Positions 1-12,614 of a stretch of 60,000 bases of DNA are shown here, one piece after another (within the stretch, counting starts at the first letter, position 1; the number at the start of each line of letters is the position of its first letter). Location of the stretch: assembly GCA_038087875.1 (NCBI GenBank), contig CM075989.1:22942001-23002000 (forward strand). The letters run 5' to 3'. Position numbers and translations under genes: made by a program. This DNA comes from Malacoraja senta. Lineage: Eukaryota. The notes beneath the pieces are model-generated. The model ran no database searches, was not told the DNA's origin, and was given only the letters and a program-made list of their open reading frames with translations.

Positions 1-732
1 CAGCTTAGTGCGTCTATCTAAGAGCCACAGGCTCTTTCAAAATGCAGTGAGTTGTGATGTTTGGAAAGCATTGCCTTAGACGCTGGTGGAAGAAGACCGA
101 GCAGCATCTTCAAAAGAGAACTGGAGAATACTGATTGAGCAAACTACAGCACACTGGAGAACTCGCACAGAACTGGCGCCAGTCATATAACTTTGTCAAA
201 GATGTAGTACAGTCTTATAAGTTGAATCACCTGATACTTCAAATCTTCATTTGTTGTGAAAAACAGCAGGATTTGGTTGAATGAAATGAAAAATGCTGTC
301 GAGCTGCACACACTAAATATTTACACAACAAAAGCAGGTCAAGGAAAGAGCGTTCACGTCGCAGCCCTGTTTCCACCAATCTTTACACAACATATTGCTT
401 CATTCACGACCCAAAACTTTCCTGTGTCAAACAAAAGGATTGATGTCAACCATCAGTCTCAAGAAGGGTCTCGACCCAAAACGTCTCTCCAGAGATGCTG
501 CCTGTCCCGCTGAGTTACTCCAGCATTTTGTGTCTGATAGGATTGCTTTCTTAGTTTTAACATAGAAACATAGAAACATAGAAATTAGGTGCAGGAGTAG
601 GCCATTCGGCCCTTCGAGCCTGCACCGCCATTCAATATGATCATGGCTGATCATCCAACTCAGTTTTAATGGGAGGCCAGGGAAAAAGAACAGATTTATT
701 AGTTTGAATAACAAACCAACATATAAAACACA

Positions 733-1005
733 GCTGCTGCCTCACAGCGCCCGAGACCCGGGTTCGATCCTGACTACGGGTGCTGTCTGTACAGAGTTTT
801 CACGTTCTCCCTCTGACCACGTGGGTTTTCTCTGGGTGCTCCGGTTTCCTCCCACACTCCAAAGATTCGTGTTTGTAGGTTAATTGGCTTCTGTAAGTCG
901 TCCCTAGTGTGTATGATGCGAAAGTAGGAAAACAGTGTGAACGGATTATCGATGGTGGCCGAAGACTCGGTGAGTCAAAAGGCATGTTTCCATGTTTGTC
1001 TCTTC
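733..1005 (+). mobile_element. HE1-type V-SINE
   Basis: tRNA-like B box ggttcgatcc, V-domain ctccggtttcctcccacactccaaaga and CR1-like tail. Confidence 0.85.
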
Positions 1006-1119
1006 AGTTCTGGCCTTTTCCCACCTTCAGTTCCCCACCCTCTAATTCGCTGCAGAGAGTTTGATTTACACTTAGCACCTGAAACCAGCCTACAGATCTG
1101 AACATCAGGATGACACTAA

Positions 1120-1807
1120 AGCCCCTGTCCCACTTATGTGCCCTTGGCACGCTAATTACACGACCTCGTCGTCGCGTGGAGGTGCTACGGTCCCGCGAAG
1201 GTCAAGCGCGACTTAATTCGTACGCACAGCCGTCTGGAGCGCGTGACGTCATTTGAAGATGGACACAAAGCTGGAGTAACTCAGCGGGACCGGCAGCATC
1301 TCTGGAGAGAAGCAATGGGTGATGTTTCGGGTCGAGACCGTTCTTTCAGACTGAAGAAGGGTCTTGACCCAAAACATCATCCATTCCTTCTCTCCAGAGA
1401 TGCTGCCGGTCCCGCTGAGTTACTCCAGCATTTTGTGTCTATCTTCAATTTTCTTGGCCCCGCTCTGGGGAGTAGAAGCGGGGGCGGATCCGGATCCGCA
1501 ACGGCCGTGAGCCCCAGGCCGAGCTCGGCCATCGTTTGCCTGCTTCTGCTGCTGTTGGAGGTGAGACGTTGCGCTGCACCAGGGTCTTGTGCCTGTCCCA
1601 CTTTGGCCGTCAGTTACGCGACAGACCGTTGGCGCGCGAAGATTTCGTTCGCTACAAAATTTCGGAGCGCCGCGCCATACAACTACATACCCCTCCACGT
1701 TTCTCAGTGGGACCGGCCCCGCGCGGCCACACGATGCCCGTGCGCCTCAACGCAACCACGAGGTCGCGTAATTTGCGTGCCAAGGACACGTAAGTGGGAC
1801 AGGCCCT
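1120..1807. mobile_element. PIF/Harbinger-like MITE containing an inverted hammerhead-element pair
   Basis: TIRs agcccctgtcccactt.../...aagtgggacaggccct extend ~50 bp; TAA TSD at 1117-1119 and 1808-1810. Confidence 0.85.
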
Positions 1808-2422
1808 TAACTCTTCATCAGCCATGGTCCGGGCGACACCGACTGACTTCTCCGACAGCCCAGATGTTTGTCAACCCATGCTGGGAGATTGACAGATGTG
1901 CAGGCGAAAGACCACAGGGTCAGAGGTCGCTTAGCAACACTGACCCCAGGGCAAGTTCAAAGCATCTCTGGATTGTTTCACGTTAAACTGATCACAAAAG
2001 AACCTCTGCCAGCTGGTTCTCCTACAGGTCACATTATTCCCTTATCACACTTTAAATGGCTCGATTGTAATCGTGCATTGACTGATTAGCATGCAACAAA
2101 AAGCTTTTCACTGTAACTCGGTACACGTGACAATAAACTGAACCAGTCCAGTACATCGAGCGTAAGGATCTGACATTTTTGCAAATGGTGCCAAGATATG
2201 GAGACTCGTGCATGTGTGATTGCACATGTGACAAAAAAATTATCCCTAGTGTGTGATAGAACTAGTGCATGGGTAATTGCTGGATGGCCAGCATAGACTT
2301 AGTGGGCTGAAGAGCCTGTTTCCAGGTTGTCTCTCGAACCTAAACTAAAAACTAAACTAACTAAAAACAAATCAAACTTACTTCCAAACTAACGACCAGA
2401 AACGACACTAAAACTAAACTAA

Positions 2423-2743
2423 AGGGCCCTGTCCCACTGTACGAGGTAATTCAAGAGTTCTCCCGAGTTTCCCCTGATTCAAACTCGGAGAATTACGGTA
2501 ATAGCCACTCGTAGGTACTCGGGGCTCTCGTGGACATTTTTCAACATTTTGAAAAATCTTCACGAGTCTTCACGAGCTTACCGCGTTTCCCCGAGTACCT
2601 GCCGTTAGCGTTACGAGCCGCTAAGAGACGTCCCGAGCTCCGACGTACCCGCTACGTACATTCTACGTGCTTACCACGAGTTTCTTTTTTTTTTTTTAAC
2701 TCGGGAGAGCTCTTGAATTAGCTCGTACAGTGGGACAGCCCCT
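2423..2743. mobile_element. PIF/Harbinger-like MITE
   Basis: Long TIRs (ctgtcccactgtacgag.../...ctcgtacagtgggacag) and TAA TSD. Confidence 0.85.
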
Positions 2744-2878
2744 TAACTCAGCATTGACTGATTCATCCATAAAGGCCTCAGTGATGAAGCATGTGATTTG
2801 TAGGGGATCCACTAGAGGGCACAGACGCTCAATTTTACACTGGGAATCCTCACACATCCAAAGTTTCACCAGCACATA

Positions 2879-3158
2879 TTAGTTTAGTTTAGTTTACAGA
2901 TGCAGCCACCGAGTCCGTGCCGACCAGCGATCCCAGCACACTAACACTGCCCTACACACACTAGGGACAATTTACAATGTTACCAAGTCAATTAACCCAC
3001 AAACTTGCCTGTCTTTGGTGTGGGAGGAAACCGGAGCTCCCGGAGAAAACCCACGCAGGTCACGGGGAGATCGTACAAACTCCTTGCAGACAGCACCTGT
3101 AGCTAGGATCGAACCCAGGTCACTGGTGCTGTGAGGCAGCAGCTCTACCGCTGCGCCC
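2879..3158 (-). mobile_element. HE1-type V-SINE
   Basis: Reverse complement of the consensus seen in this window; (CTAAA)n tail. Confidence 0.85.
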
Positions 3159-3249
3159 CCTTCATCAGTTTACAGAGTCGTACAGTGCAAAAACAAGTCC
3201 TTTGGTCACCTTGTTCACGCTGATCCTCAGTCTATCCTATTTACACATC

Positions 3250-3558
3250 TAGTTTAGTTTTGTTTAGAGATACAGGGCGGAAACAGGCCCGTTTGGCCCA
3301 CCGAGTCCGCACCGACCAGAGATCCCCGCACACTAACACCATCCCGCACAAGTGACAATTTTACATTCGTACCAAGCCAATTAACCTACAAACTGTACGT
3401 TTTTCGAGTGTGGGAGGAAACCGAAGATCTCGGAGAAAACCCACGCAGGTCACGGGGAGAACGTGCAAACTCCGTACAGACAGCACCCGTAGTGAGGATG
3501 GAACCCGGGTCTCTGGCGCTGTGAGGCAGCAACTCTACCGCTGCGTCGCCGTGCCACC
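3250..3558 (-). mobile_element. HE1-type V-SINE, full length
   Basis: A/B boxes, V-domain and tail present. Confidence 0.9.
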
Positions 3559-3876
3559 CTTTAGATTTGATTGCATCCAATGGAAGAGCACACAACCTCG
3601 GCTCGCGTGACAATAAACCAAACTAAACATTACCCCACGTCCACACCACGGGCTCGGAGATTCTTCCCCAGTAAACGACATTAGGATTTCTGATGGTTCC
3701 CGGCCAATGAGAACTCAATGTTTGACAACCTTCCCCTCCCCGCCCCCAGCCAACAATTGACCGATCGGGGAACCACCCTGCCCGAGGTCATCTGTTGACG
3801 GACCCAATCTGTCCTGGTTGCTTCTTGCTTCATGTATTTCCCCCTCACCAATCAGTCTGAAGAATCGTCCCAACCT

Positions 3877-4262
3877 GAAACGTCACCTATCCATGTTCTC
3901 CACAGATGCTGCCTGACCCGCTGAGTTACTCCAGCACTCTGTGAAACGTCACCTATCCATGTTTCCCACAGATGCTGCCTGACCCACTGAGTTACTCCAG
4001 CACTCTGTGAAACGTCACCTATCCATGTTCCGGCAGCATCTATGGAGCGAAGGAAACAGGCAACGTTTCGGCCCGAAACCCTTCCGGGTTTCGGCCCGAA
4101 ACGTTGCCTATTTCCTTCAGGGTTTCGGCCCGAAAGGTTGCCCATTTCCTTCGCTCCACAGATTCTACCTGACCCGCTGAGTTACTCCAGCACTCTGTGA
4201 AACGTCACCTATCCATGTTCTCCACAGATGCTGCCTGACCCGCTGAGTTACTCCAGCACTGT
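3877..4262 (+). repeat. Tandem 66-bp subunits of the hammerhead-bearing element, with an internal inverted insert
   Basis: Unit gaaacgtcacc...ccagcactctgt at 3877, 3943, 4009 (partial) and ~4199. Confidence 0.85.
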
Positions 4263-5034
4263 GTCTATCGGTGCTTGGCAATATTAGCCTTTCATAATTA
4301 GATGATTAGACAAAGGCATGTTTGGTTCACAGGTGGAATGTGCAAACTAAAGAACGTCGCTCTTTTGTAAAGTGTACACTTTTGTACCCCAAGGATGCTG
4401 GGTGGATAAAGAGTTTGGAGCAGGGCAGCTCCTTCAAAGCTCCAAGCCCAAACACTGATCTTTTACCACAGAGGCAACCTGTTTGACCTGATTTGCTGCT
4501 TGTTATTCTTGGCATTCCTGGCGTGTCCTACATCCATAAATAGCAGCCTTCACCGAAGGCCTTGGCACGAAGGCAGATGGCAAGAAGACACACAACCAGC
4601 TGTCCATGACCTTTGCTCAGCACAATACCCAACCCACCACTATCTGAACACTATTTAAAGCTCACGGATTCAGACACTGAATGAAACACGTTATCTTGAG
4701 AGGCCCTGTCTTATTAGAATGATGGCGCGGCATTTTAAATGCATTAACCTGCTCCAGTTCCATGACTAAAAGTTTAATCCAACTCCAAATGAAGATAATA
4801 GATAACGTGACAGGAGATAAGGGACTTCACTTGTTCTCTTTAGTCTTTAGAGATACAGCACGGAAACAGGCCCTTCGGCCCATCAAGCCTGCGCCGACCA
4901 GCAATCCCCATACAAACTTGTACATCTTTGGAGTGTGGGAGGAAACCGGAGCACCCGGAGAAAATCCACGCGGTCACAGGGGGAACGTACAAACTCCGTA
5001 CAGACAGCACCCGTAGTCGGTATTGAACCCGGTT

Positions 5035-5715
5035 ACTCCCTCTTCTATCAGGCAAGAAGTATAGCAGTGTGAAAACGCACACCTCCAGATTCAGGGACAG
5101 TTTCTTCCCAGCTGTTATCAGGCAACTGAACCATCCCATCAACAACTAGAGAGTGGTCCTGACCTCCCACCTATTGTACTTGGAGTCCTTGGACAATCTT
5201 TAATCAGACTGTACTGGCCTTTATCTTGCACTTCCAGAACAAGGGGTCACAGTTTAAGGTCAAGAACAAGGGGTCACAGTTTAAGGATAAGGGGGAAGTC
5301 TTTTATGACCAAGATGAGGAAATCATTTTTTACACAGAGAGTGGTGAATCTCTGGAATTCTCTGCCACAGAAGGTAGTTGAGGCCAGTTCATTGGCTATA
5401 TTTAAGAGGGAGTTAGATGTGGCCCTTGTGGCTAATGGGATCAGGGGGTATGGAGAGAAGGCAGGTACAGGATACTGAGTTGGAAGATCAGCCATGATCA
5501 TATCAAATGGCGGTGCAGGCTCGAAGGGCCGAATGGCCTACTCCTGCACCTATTTTCTATGTTTTACTAAACGTTATTCCCTTTATGCTGTATCTGTATA
5601 TTGTGGACAGCTTGATTGCAATCGTGTATAGTCTTTGCTGACTGGATATCACGCTACAAAAACATTACTGTACCTCAGTACATATGACAAAATAACTAAA
5701 GTAAACTAAACAAAA
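5035..5715 (+). mobile_element. Rex1 3' end split by CR1
   Basis: Matches 17430-17745 and its tail. Confidence 0.8.
5233..5565 (+). mobile_element. CR1 3' fragment with a ~25-bp tandem duplication at its 5' junction
   Basis: agaacaaggggtcacagtttaagg occurs twice, followed by the CR1 3'UTR. Confidence 0.88.
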
Positions 5716-5863
5716 CTATTATATTTCCCACAGGCCAGAATCCTAGCATTGGAGAAACCAGTTAAGTAGAACCCATTACCTCTTTAACCCTCAGTGAATC
5801 TTCTAATCAGCATTACGTTGCTGGACAAATAATGATTCACGGAGGTCTAATGCTTCAACTAGA

Positions 5864-6305
5864 GCACGGTGGCGCAGCGGTAGAGTTGCTGCCTCACAGC
5901 GCCAGAGACCCGGGTTCGATCCTGACTACAGGTGCTGTCTCTGTATGGAATATATATGTTCTCCCCGTGACCTGCGTGGGGGTTTTCTGGGATCTCCAGT
6001 TTCCTCCCACACTCCAAAGACCTACAGGTTTGTACGTCTCTGAAGAAGGGTCTCGACCTGAAGCGTCGCCCATTCCTTCTCTCCAGAGATGATGCCTGTC
6101 CCGCTGAGTTACTCCAGCATTTTGTGTCTACCTTTGATTTGAACCAGCATCTGCAGTTCTTTCTTACACAGGTTTGTCAGTTAATTGGCGTTGGTATAAA
6201 TGTAAATTGTCCCTAGTGTATGTGGGATAGCATTAATGTGCGGGGTCGGCACGGACTCGGTGGGCCGAAGGGCCTGTTTCCACGCTATATCTCTCAACTC
6301 AACTA
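5864..6305 (+). mobile_element. HE1-type V-SINE interrupted by a hammerhead element
   Basis: A box ggtggcgcagcggtag and B box; the insert is flanked by acaggtttgt. Confidence 0.88.
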
Positions 6306-6850
6306 GAGCAGACCCACTCTTGCTAATAATGTTGACATTAAATAGTGTCAGTTTATCAGAATTTTGCTCCACGTATCCACATTACAAAATGCAATTAAAC
6401 TAAAATAAACACTTTGATTCGATACCAAATAGCCAAAGCAAGTAATTTCAATGATGACAGTCAGCCAATGACACAGTTCACACATTTGGTGAAGTGAATC
6501 TTGCCCTCGCCTGCAATTTTCGGTTTAACCCAGGGGTGGCGATGTTTCCCAATTTAATGGTTGGGCAGGACTGGTGTAGACAGAAGGTAGACAAAAATGC
6601 TGGAGAAACTCAGCGGGTGCAGCAGCATCTATGGAGCGAAGGAAATAGGCAACGTTTCGGGCCGAAACCCTTCTTCAGACTGGTGTAGACAGAGCCTATT
6701 TCCTTCGCTCCATAGATGCTGCTGCACCCGCTGAGTTTCTCCAGCATTTTTGCGTACCTCTGGTGTAGACAGAACCCAGTAACATGAATAATCTAACTTA
6801 CCGCTGCAATCTCTCTCTCCATCCCTCCCCCACCCAAGTCACACCAGCTT

Positions 6851-8605
6851 AAACATAGAAACATAGAAAATAGGTGCAGGAGTAGGCCATTCGGCCCTTC
6901 GAGCCTGCACCGCCATTCGATATGATCATGGCTGATCATCCAACTCAGTATCCCGTACCTGCCTTCTCTCCATACCCCCTGATCCCTTTAGCCACAAGGG
7001 CCACATCTAACTCCCTCTTAAATATAGCCAATGAACTGGCCTCAACTACCTTCTGTGGCAGAGAATTCCAGAGATTCACCACTCTCTGTGTGAAAAATGA
7101 TTTTCTCATCTCGGTCCTAAAAGACTTCCGCCTTATACTTAAACTGTGACCCCGTGTTCTGGACTTCCCCAACATCGGGAATAATCTTCCTGCATTTAGC
7201 CTGTCCAACCCCTTAAGAATCTTGTAAGTTTCTATAAGATCCCCCCTCAATCTTCTAAATTCGAGCAAGTACAAGCCGAGTCTATCCAGTCTTTCTTCAT
7301 ATGAAGTGCTGCCATCCCAGGAATCAGTCTGGTGAACCTTCTCTGTACTCCCTCTATGGCAAGAATGTCTTTCCTCAGATTTGGTGACCAAAACTGTACG
7401 CAATACTCCAGGTGTGGCCTCACCAAGACCCTGTACAACTGCAGTAGAACCTCCCTGCTCTTATACTCAAATCCTTTTGGTATGAATGCTAACATACCAT
7501 TTGCTTTCTTCACTGCCTGCTGCACCTGCATGCCTACTTTCAATGACTGGTGTACCATGACACCCAGGTCTCGTTGCATCTCCCCTTTTCCCAATCGGCC
7601 ACCATTCAGATAATAGTCTACTTTCCTGTTTTTGCCACCAAAGTGGATAACCTCACATTTATCCACATTATACTGCATCTGCCATGCATTTGCCCACTCA
7701 CCCAACCTATCTAAGTCACCTTGCAGCCTCCTAGCATCCTCCTCACAGCTAACACTGCCCCCCAGCTTCGTGTCATCAGCAAACTTGGAGATGTTGTATT
7801 CAATTCCCTCATCCAGATCATTAATATATATTGTAAATAGCTGGGGTCCCAGCACTGAGCCTTGCAGTACCCCACTAGTCACTGCCTGCCATTCTGAAAA
7901 GGACCCGTTTACTTCTACTCTTTGCTTCCTGTCTGCCAGCCAGTTCTCTATCCACATCAATACTGAACCCCCAATACCGTGTGCTTTAAGTTTGCATACT
8001 AATCTCTTATGTGGGACCTTGTCGAAAGCCTTCTGAAAGTCCAGATATAACACATCCACTGGTTCTCCCCTATCCACTCTACTAGTTACATCCTCGAAAA
8101 ATTCTATAAGATTCGTCAGACATGATTTACCTTTCGTAAATCCATGCTGACTTTGTCCAATGATTTCACCACTTTCCAAATGTGCTGCTATCCCATCTTT
8201 AATAACTGACTCTAGCATTTTCCCCACTACCGACGTTAGACTAACTGGTCTGTAATTCCCCGTTTTCTGTCTCCCTCCCTTTTTAAAAAGTGGGGTTACA
8301 TTAACTACCCTCCAATCCTCAGGAACTACTCCAGAATCTAAAGTGTTCTGAAAAATTATCACTAATGCATCCACTATTTCTGGAGCTACTTCCTTAAGTA
8401 CTCTGGGATGCAGCCTGTCTGGCCCTGGGGATTTATCGGCCTTTAATCCATTCAATTTACCTAACACCACTTCCCGACTAACCTGGATTTCACTCAGCTC
8501 CTCCATCTCATTTGACCCCCGGTCCCCTGCTATTTCCGGCAGATTATTTATGTCTTCCTTAGTGAAGACGGAACCAAAGTAGTTATTCAATTGGTCCGCC
8601 ATATC
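6851..8605 (-). mobile_element. CR1 LINE, 5'-truncated (RT + 3' end)
   Basis: 451-aa RT ORF 7247-8602 plus C-terminal ORF 6945-7403; (TTTCTATG)n tail. Confidence 0.96.
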
Positions 8606-9870
8606 CTGGAGAACGGGGCATTCTCACCGAGCTAACATTGCCCCGTTTCCATTATCATTGTTACTTGTTTTGCATTTCTTTCATTGATTTGTTCTGCATC
8701 ATCTATATCGCTCGTGACTTTCAGTCTGAAGAAGGGTCTCGTTACCCATTCCTTCTCTCCAGAGAGCTGCCTGTCCCACTGAGTTACGTGTCTATCTTTG
8801 GTATAAACCAGCATCTGCACTTCTTTGATCCTAATCATCATCTTTAGTTCTGTTTAAAGATACAGCACGGAAACAGGCCTTTCAGCCAGGTCCATGCTGA
8901 CCATCGATCACCCGTCCACGCAAGGTTCTAGGTTATCCCATTGCTCTCATGCACTCCTTACACACTGGGGGATAGTAAACAGAGGGCCAATTAACCCACA
9001 GTCCCGCACGTCTTTGGGGACCTGGGAGGAAACCGCAGCACCCGGAGGAAACCCACACGGTCACAGGGAGAACATGCAAACGCCAACTTGCCCCTGGAGT
9101 GCAGGTAGTGCAGTTCTGGCCTCCCCATGACAAGAGAGATGTGGATGCTTTAACCAGGGAGCAGAGGTGGTTTACCGGAATGCTGCCTGGCCCAGAGGGT
9201 TTCAGCTACAGGGTGAGCTTGGATAGACATGGATTGTTTTCTCTAGAACGTCGGAGATTGAGGGGGGACTTGAGAGAAGTGTATGAAATAATGAAAAGCA
9301 TAGATAGGGTAGACAGTCAGAACCTTTCATCCAGGGTGGAGATGTCCAGCACTAGAGGGCACAGCTATAAGATGAGAGGGGTCCTGGAACGCGTTGCCAG
9401 GGGTGGTGGTGGGCTCAGACACGTTGAGGAGGCATTTAGATAGGTGCAGGGTACTGAGGGATATGGAAATAGTCACTTCATGATGACTGCGTGGTCCTGC
9501 GCTTTCAGAAAACCGGGACATTAGATTTGCACCGCCAATCTTTTTGTGAACTTGTGCGGTTACTGCCCGTCACGGGTTTTATGCTTGCTGGGAATTTCTG
9601 CTCTCAAAAATCATCAGAAAGATAAAGATAGCATTGAGGCTGATCTGCATGTGAAAGAAAGGACAAAGTGCGGTTGGATAAACACAAGTGCTGCTCCCTG
9701 CAAAGGCAATTATAGGTGAGGCTTACGATAGTTCATCGAAATATGAAAGGCGATAGATAAGACAGTCTTGATCACAACTTCAAAGTGTGAAATCATAGTT
9801 ACTGCCAAGGACGGAGATTAAAATAGAGAGAATACTTTTTGATCAACTGCATTCACACATGCTTCAGAGA

Positions 9871-10033
9871 ACTAGACAAAAATGCTGGAGATACTCAGCG
9901 GATGAGGCAGCATTGTCTCGGCCCGAAACGTCGCCTATTTCCTTCGCTCCATAGATGCTGCCTCGCCCGCTGAGTTTCTCCAGCATTTTTTGTCTACCGA
10001 TTTTCCAGCATCCGCAGTTCCTTCTTAAACAAT
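9871..10033. mobile_element. Inverted pair of hammerhead-family elements
   Basis: 11-bp TSD tgcttcagaga. Confidence 0.75.
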
Positions 10034-11668
10034 TGCTTCAGAGAGCTGCCCATTCCCTCCAATGACCGAGAATGTTCAAAAACCCAATGAAATGCTGCAA
10101 CAACCTCTGCTTCTTTCAGTTTCAAGGACGAAGCAGCCTCTCCTCATCCTCAACTCACGCACTAACGGTGAGTTTTAATGGACGCTAAAATTTTAAAAAT
10201 GTTCAAAGCTCCGCATAAATCTTTGTTGCAGCTATCGCAGTTAAACTTAGGATGAGACAAGCATAGAAATGGGTGTCTGAAGAAGGGTCTCGACCCGAAA
10301 CGTCGCCCATTCCTTCTCTCCACAGATGCTGCCTGTCCCGCTGAGTTACATCAGCATTTTGTGTCTATCCTCAGAATCTGCTGTTCCTTCCTGCATATAG
10401 AAATGTGCGTCCTGGCTTTAGAATTGGTTAATGGTGTTCTACCCAGAGTGTACGGGCTGTGGAAATTGTTGCTACTCATGTCTGAAGATGATACTAAAGA
10501 ACACAGTTCGATCCTGACCACTGGTGCTTGTCTGTATGGAGTTTGTACGTTCTCCCCGTGAGCTGCATGGGTTTTCTCCAGGTGCTCCGGTTTCCTCCCA
10601 CACTCCAAAGACGTGCAGGTTTGTCGGCTAATTGGCTTCAGTAAAATTGTAAATGATTCCATGCGTGTGGGGTAGTGCTAGTGTTGGGGATCGCTGGTCG
10701 GTGCGGACTCAGGGGCCGGAGGGCCTGCTTCCGCGCTGTATCTCTAAACTAAACAAAACGCTGTGAGGTTAAGGAGAGAAGAATGCGTGAATTGAGAGGG
10801 GTGGGGACACTGACAAGTGAGAAAAACATTCTGGGAACGTTGAGGGGAATGTTGGAATGGCAGCAAGTCTGTGGTGTCATAAAAGTGGCAATTGGATTGT
10901 TGGTTTGTGCTGCCTTCTGCCCAGTGATAATTTGTGGTCTCGGATAAATATTTGAATTATACCCTGCAGGGTTTGAAGGTAATCTCAGATGCGTGTTTGA
11001 AAACTCGAAACACCAATGTAAATGCTGATTGCTTTTCTTGAAGCATGCCAGCTCTCTCCCTCTCTCTCTCTCCCTGGGCAGCCTGGCAGTGGAGGAAAGA
11101 TAGTTTTGTTTAGTCCCCGCACACTAACACTACACACAAGGAAACTAAGAACCTGCACGGCTTTGAAGTGTGGGAGGAAACCGGAGTGCCCGGAGAAAAC
11201 CCACGCGGGCACGGGGAGAAGGTACAAACTCCGTACAGACAGCACCCGTAGTCAGGATCAAACCCGGGTCTCTGGCGCTGCAAGGCAGCAACTCTACCGT
11301 ATCTCAGCGGGTCACGCAGCAGCATCTCTGGATAAGCGCTGAACTAGGAAAACCGGGTGTAAACCAGCAACTGCAGTTCCTTCTTACACGTGTGTAGAGT
11401 TTTCTCTCTTGCCTTCCCGTCATTGATAGCAGCATAAAGGGCGAGGTGTCTCTGCACCCAGCTTGCTTCTGTGGCTTTATCACAGAGGTTACAAAGATTG
11501 GCCATTTTTTTGAGAGGGGGGAGCAGGGGGAACTTATTCTCATTCCATTGGACTGATTGCAATCATTTACATTCATAGGTTCTTAAGTTCAAAAGTGATT
11601 GGAGCAGCATTAGGCCATTCGGCCCCATCAAGTCTCCTCCACCATTCAATCATGGCTGATCTATCTTT

Positions 11669-11880
11669 GACCCAGCAAACAGCTAACATTGGCCAGTTTC
11701 CTTTATCATCGTTAGTTTTATGCATATCTTTCATTCATTTGTCCTCTACCATCACCGCCTATATCTCTCATTTCCCTTTCCACTGACTCTAGTCTGAAGA
11801 AGGGTCTCGACCCGAAACGTCACCCATTCATTCTCCCCAGAGTTGCTGCCTGAGTTACTCCAGCATTTTGTGTCTGTCTT
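11669..11880 (+). mobile_element. Penelope-type non-autonomous element with a minimal hammerhead core (long form)
   Basis: CTGAAGA-A-GGGT-CTCG-ACCC-GAAACGTC at 11794-11821; 13-bp TSD ctgatctatcttt. Confidence 0.8.
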
Positions 11881-12517
11881 CTGATCTATCTTTCCCTCTC
11901 AACCCCATTCTCCTGCTTCCTCCCATAACCCGACACCCGCACTAATCGAGAACCTGCCACTCCCCACTTTAGAAGTACACATTGACTTGGCCTCCACTGC
12001 CATCCGTGGCAACGAATTTCACAGATTCACCATCCACTGGTTGAATTCATTCCTGCAGGTACCTTATATTGCCAGCAGTAAAGTACTAACAACAAAATGG
12101 CTAAAACATTGACAGATATTCTCGGCCAAAACCAATTATAAAATGTGTAGTCAAAACTGAAGTACAATTAAAAATAATATGCTGATCAAAGTTAAAATTA
12201 AGATGATTTACAATAGGTTTTAACAATATCAAAAGCACTTGTAGTCTGAAATCTTCAGGTAACCTTTGTAATCTAACCATGTATAGATTTGGAAAAAAGG
12301 TCCCGACTCAAAACGCCGTCTGTCCATTCCCTCCGCAAATGCTGCCTGACCCACTGAGTTACTCCAGCATTGTGTTTTGCTCAAGACTCCAGCATCTGCA
12401 GTCTCTTGTGTCTCCATATGTAGACATCGCGACATTTCAGCCGGAGAAAAAGGAATAGGTGACGTTTCGGGTTGAGACTCTTCTTCAGACCAGGGATTTC
12501 AGATTTGAATCTGAATT

Positions 12518-12614
12518 GGTCTGAAGAAGGGTTTCGGCCCGAAACGTTGCCTATTTTCCTTCGCTCCATAGATGCTGCTGCACCCGCTGAGTTTCTCCAG
12601 CACATTTGTCTATC
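12518..12614 (+). mobile_element. Hammerhead-core element (UUCG-loop variant)
   Basis: ctgaagaagggtttcggcccgaaacgtt; 14-bp TSD tttgaatctgaatt. Confidence 0.8.

Noticed and set aside
1243..1986. 247-aa ORF
   Set aside because: Reads through a GC-rich MITE and a palindromic repeat; no transposase or other recognisable motif.
3877..4262. CRISPR-like or regularly spaced array
   Set aside because: Units are contiguous with no unique spacers, and the context is eukaryotic repeat DNA.
5864..5930. tRNA-like A/B boxes
   Set aside because: These are SINE heads followed by a V-domain and LINE-like tail, not tRNA genes.
10120..10167. Plus-strand 48-nt segment with ttctttcag| and |gtgagt splice-like sites
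   Set aside because: No partner exons or recognisable peptide; expected by chance in 60 kb.
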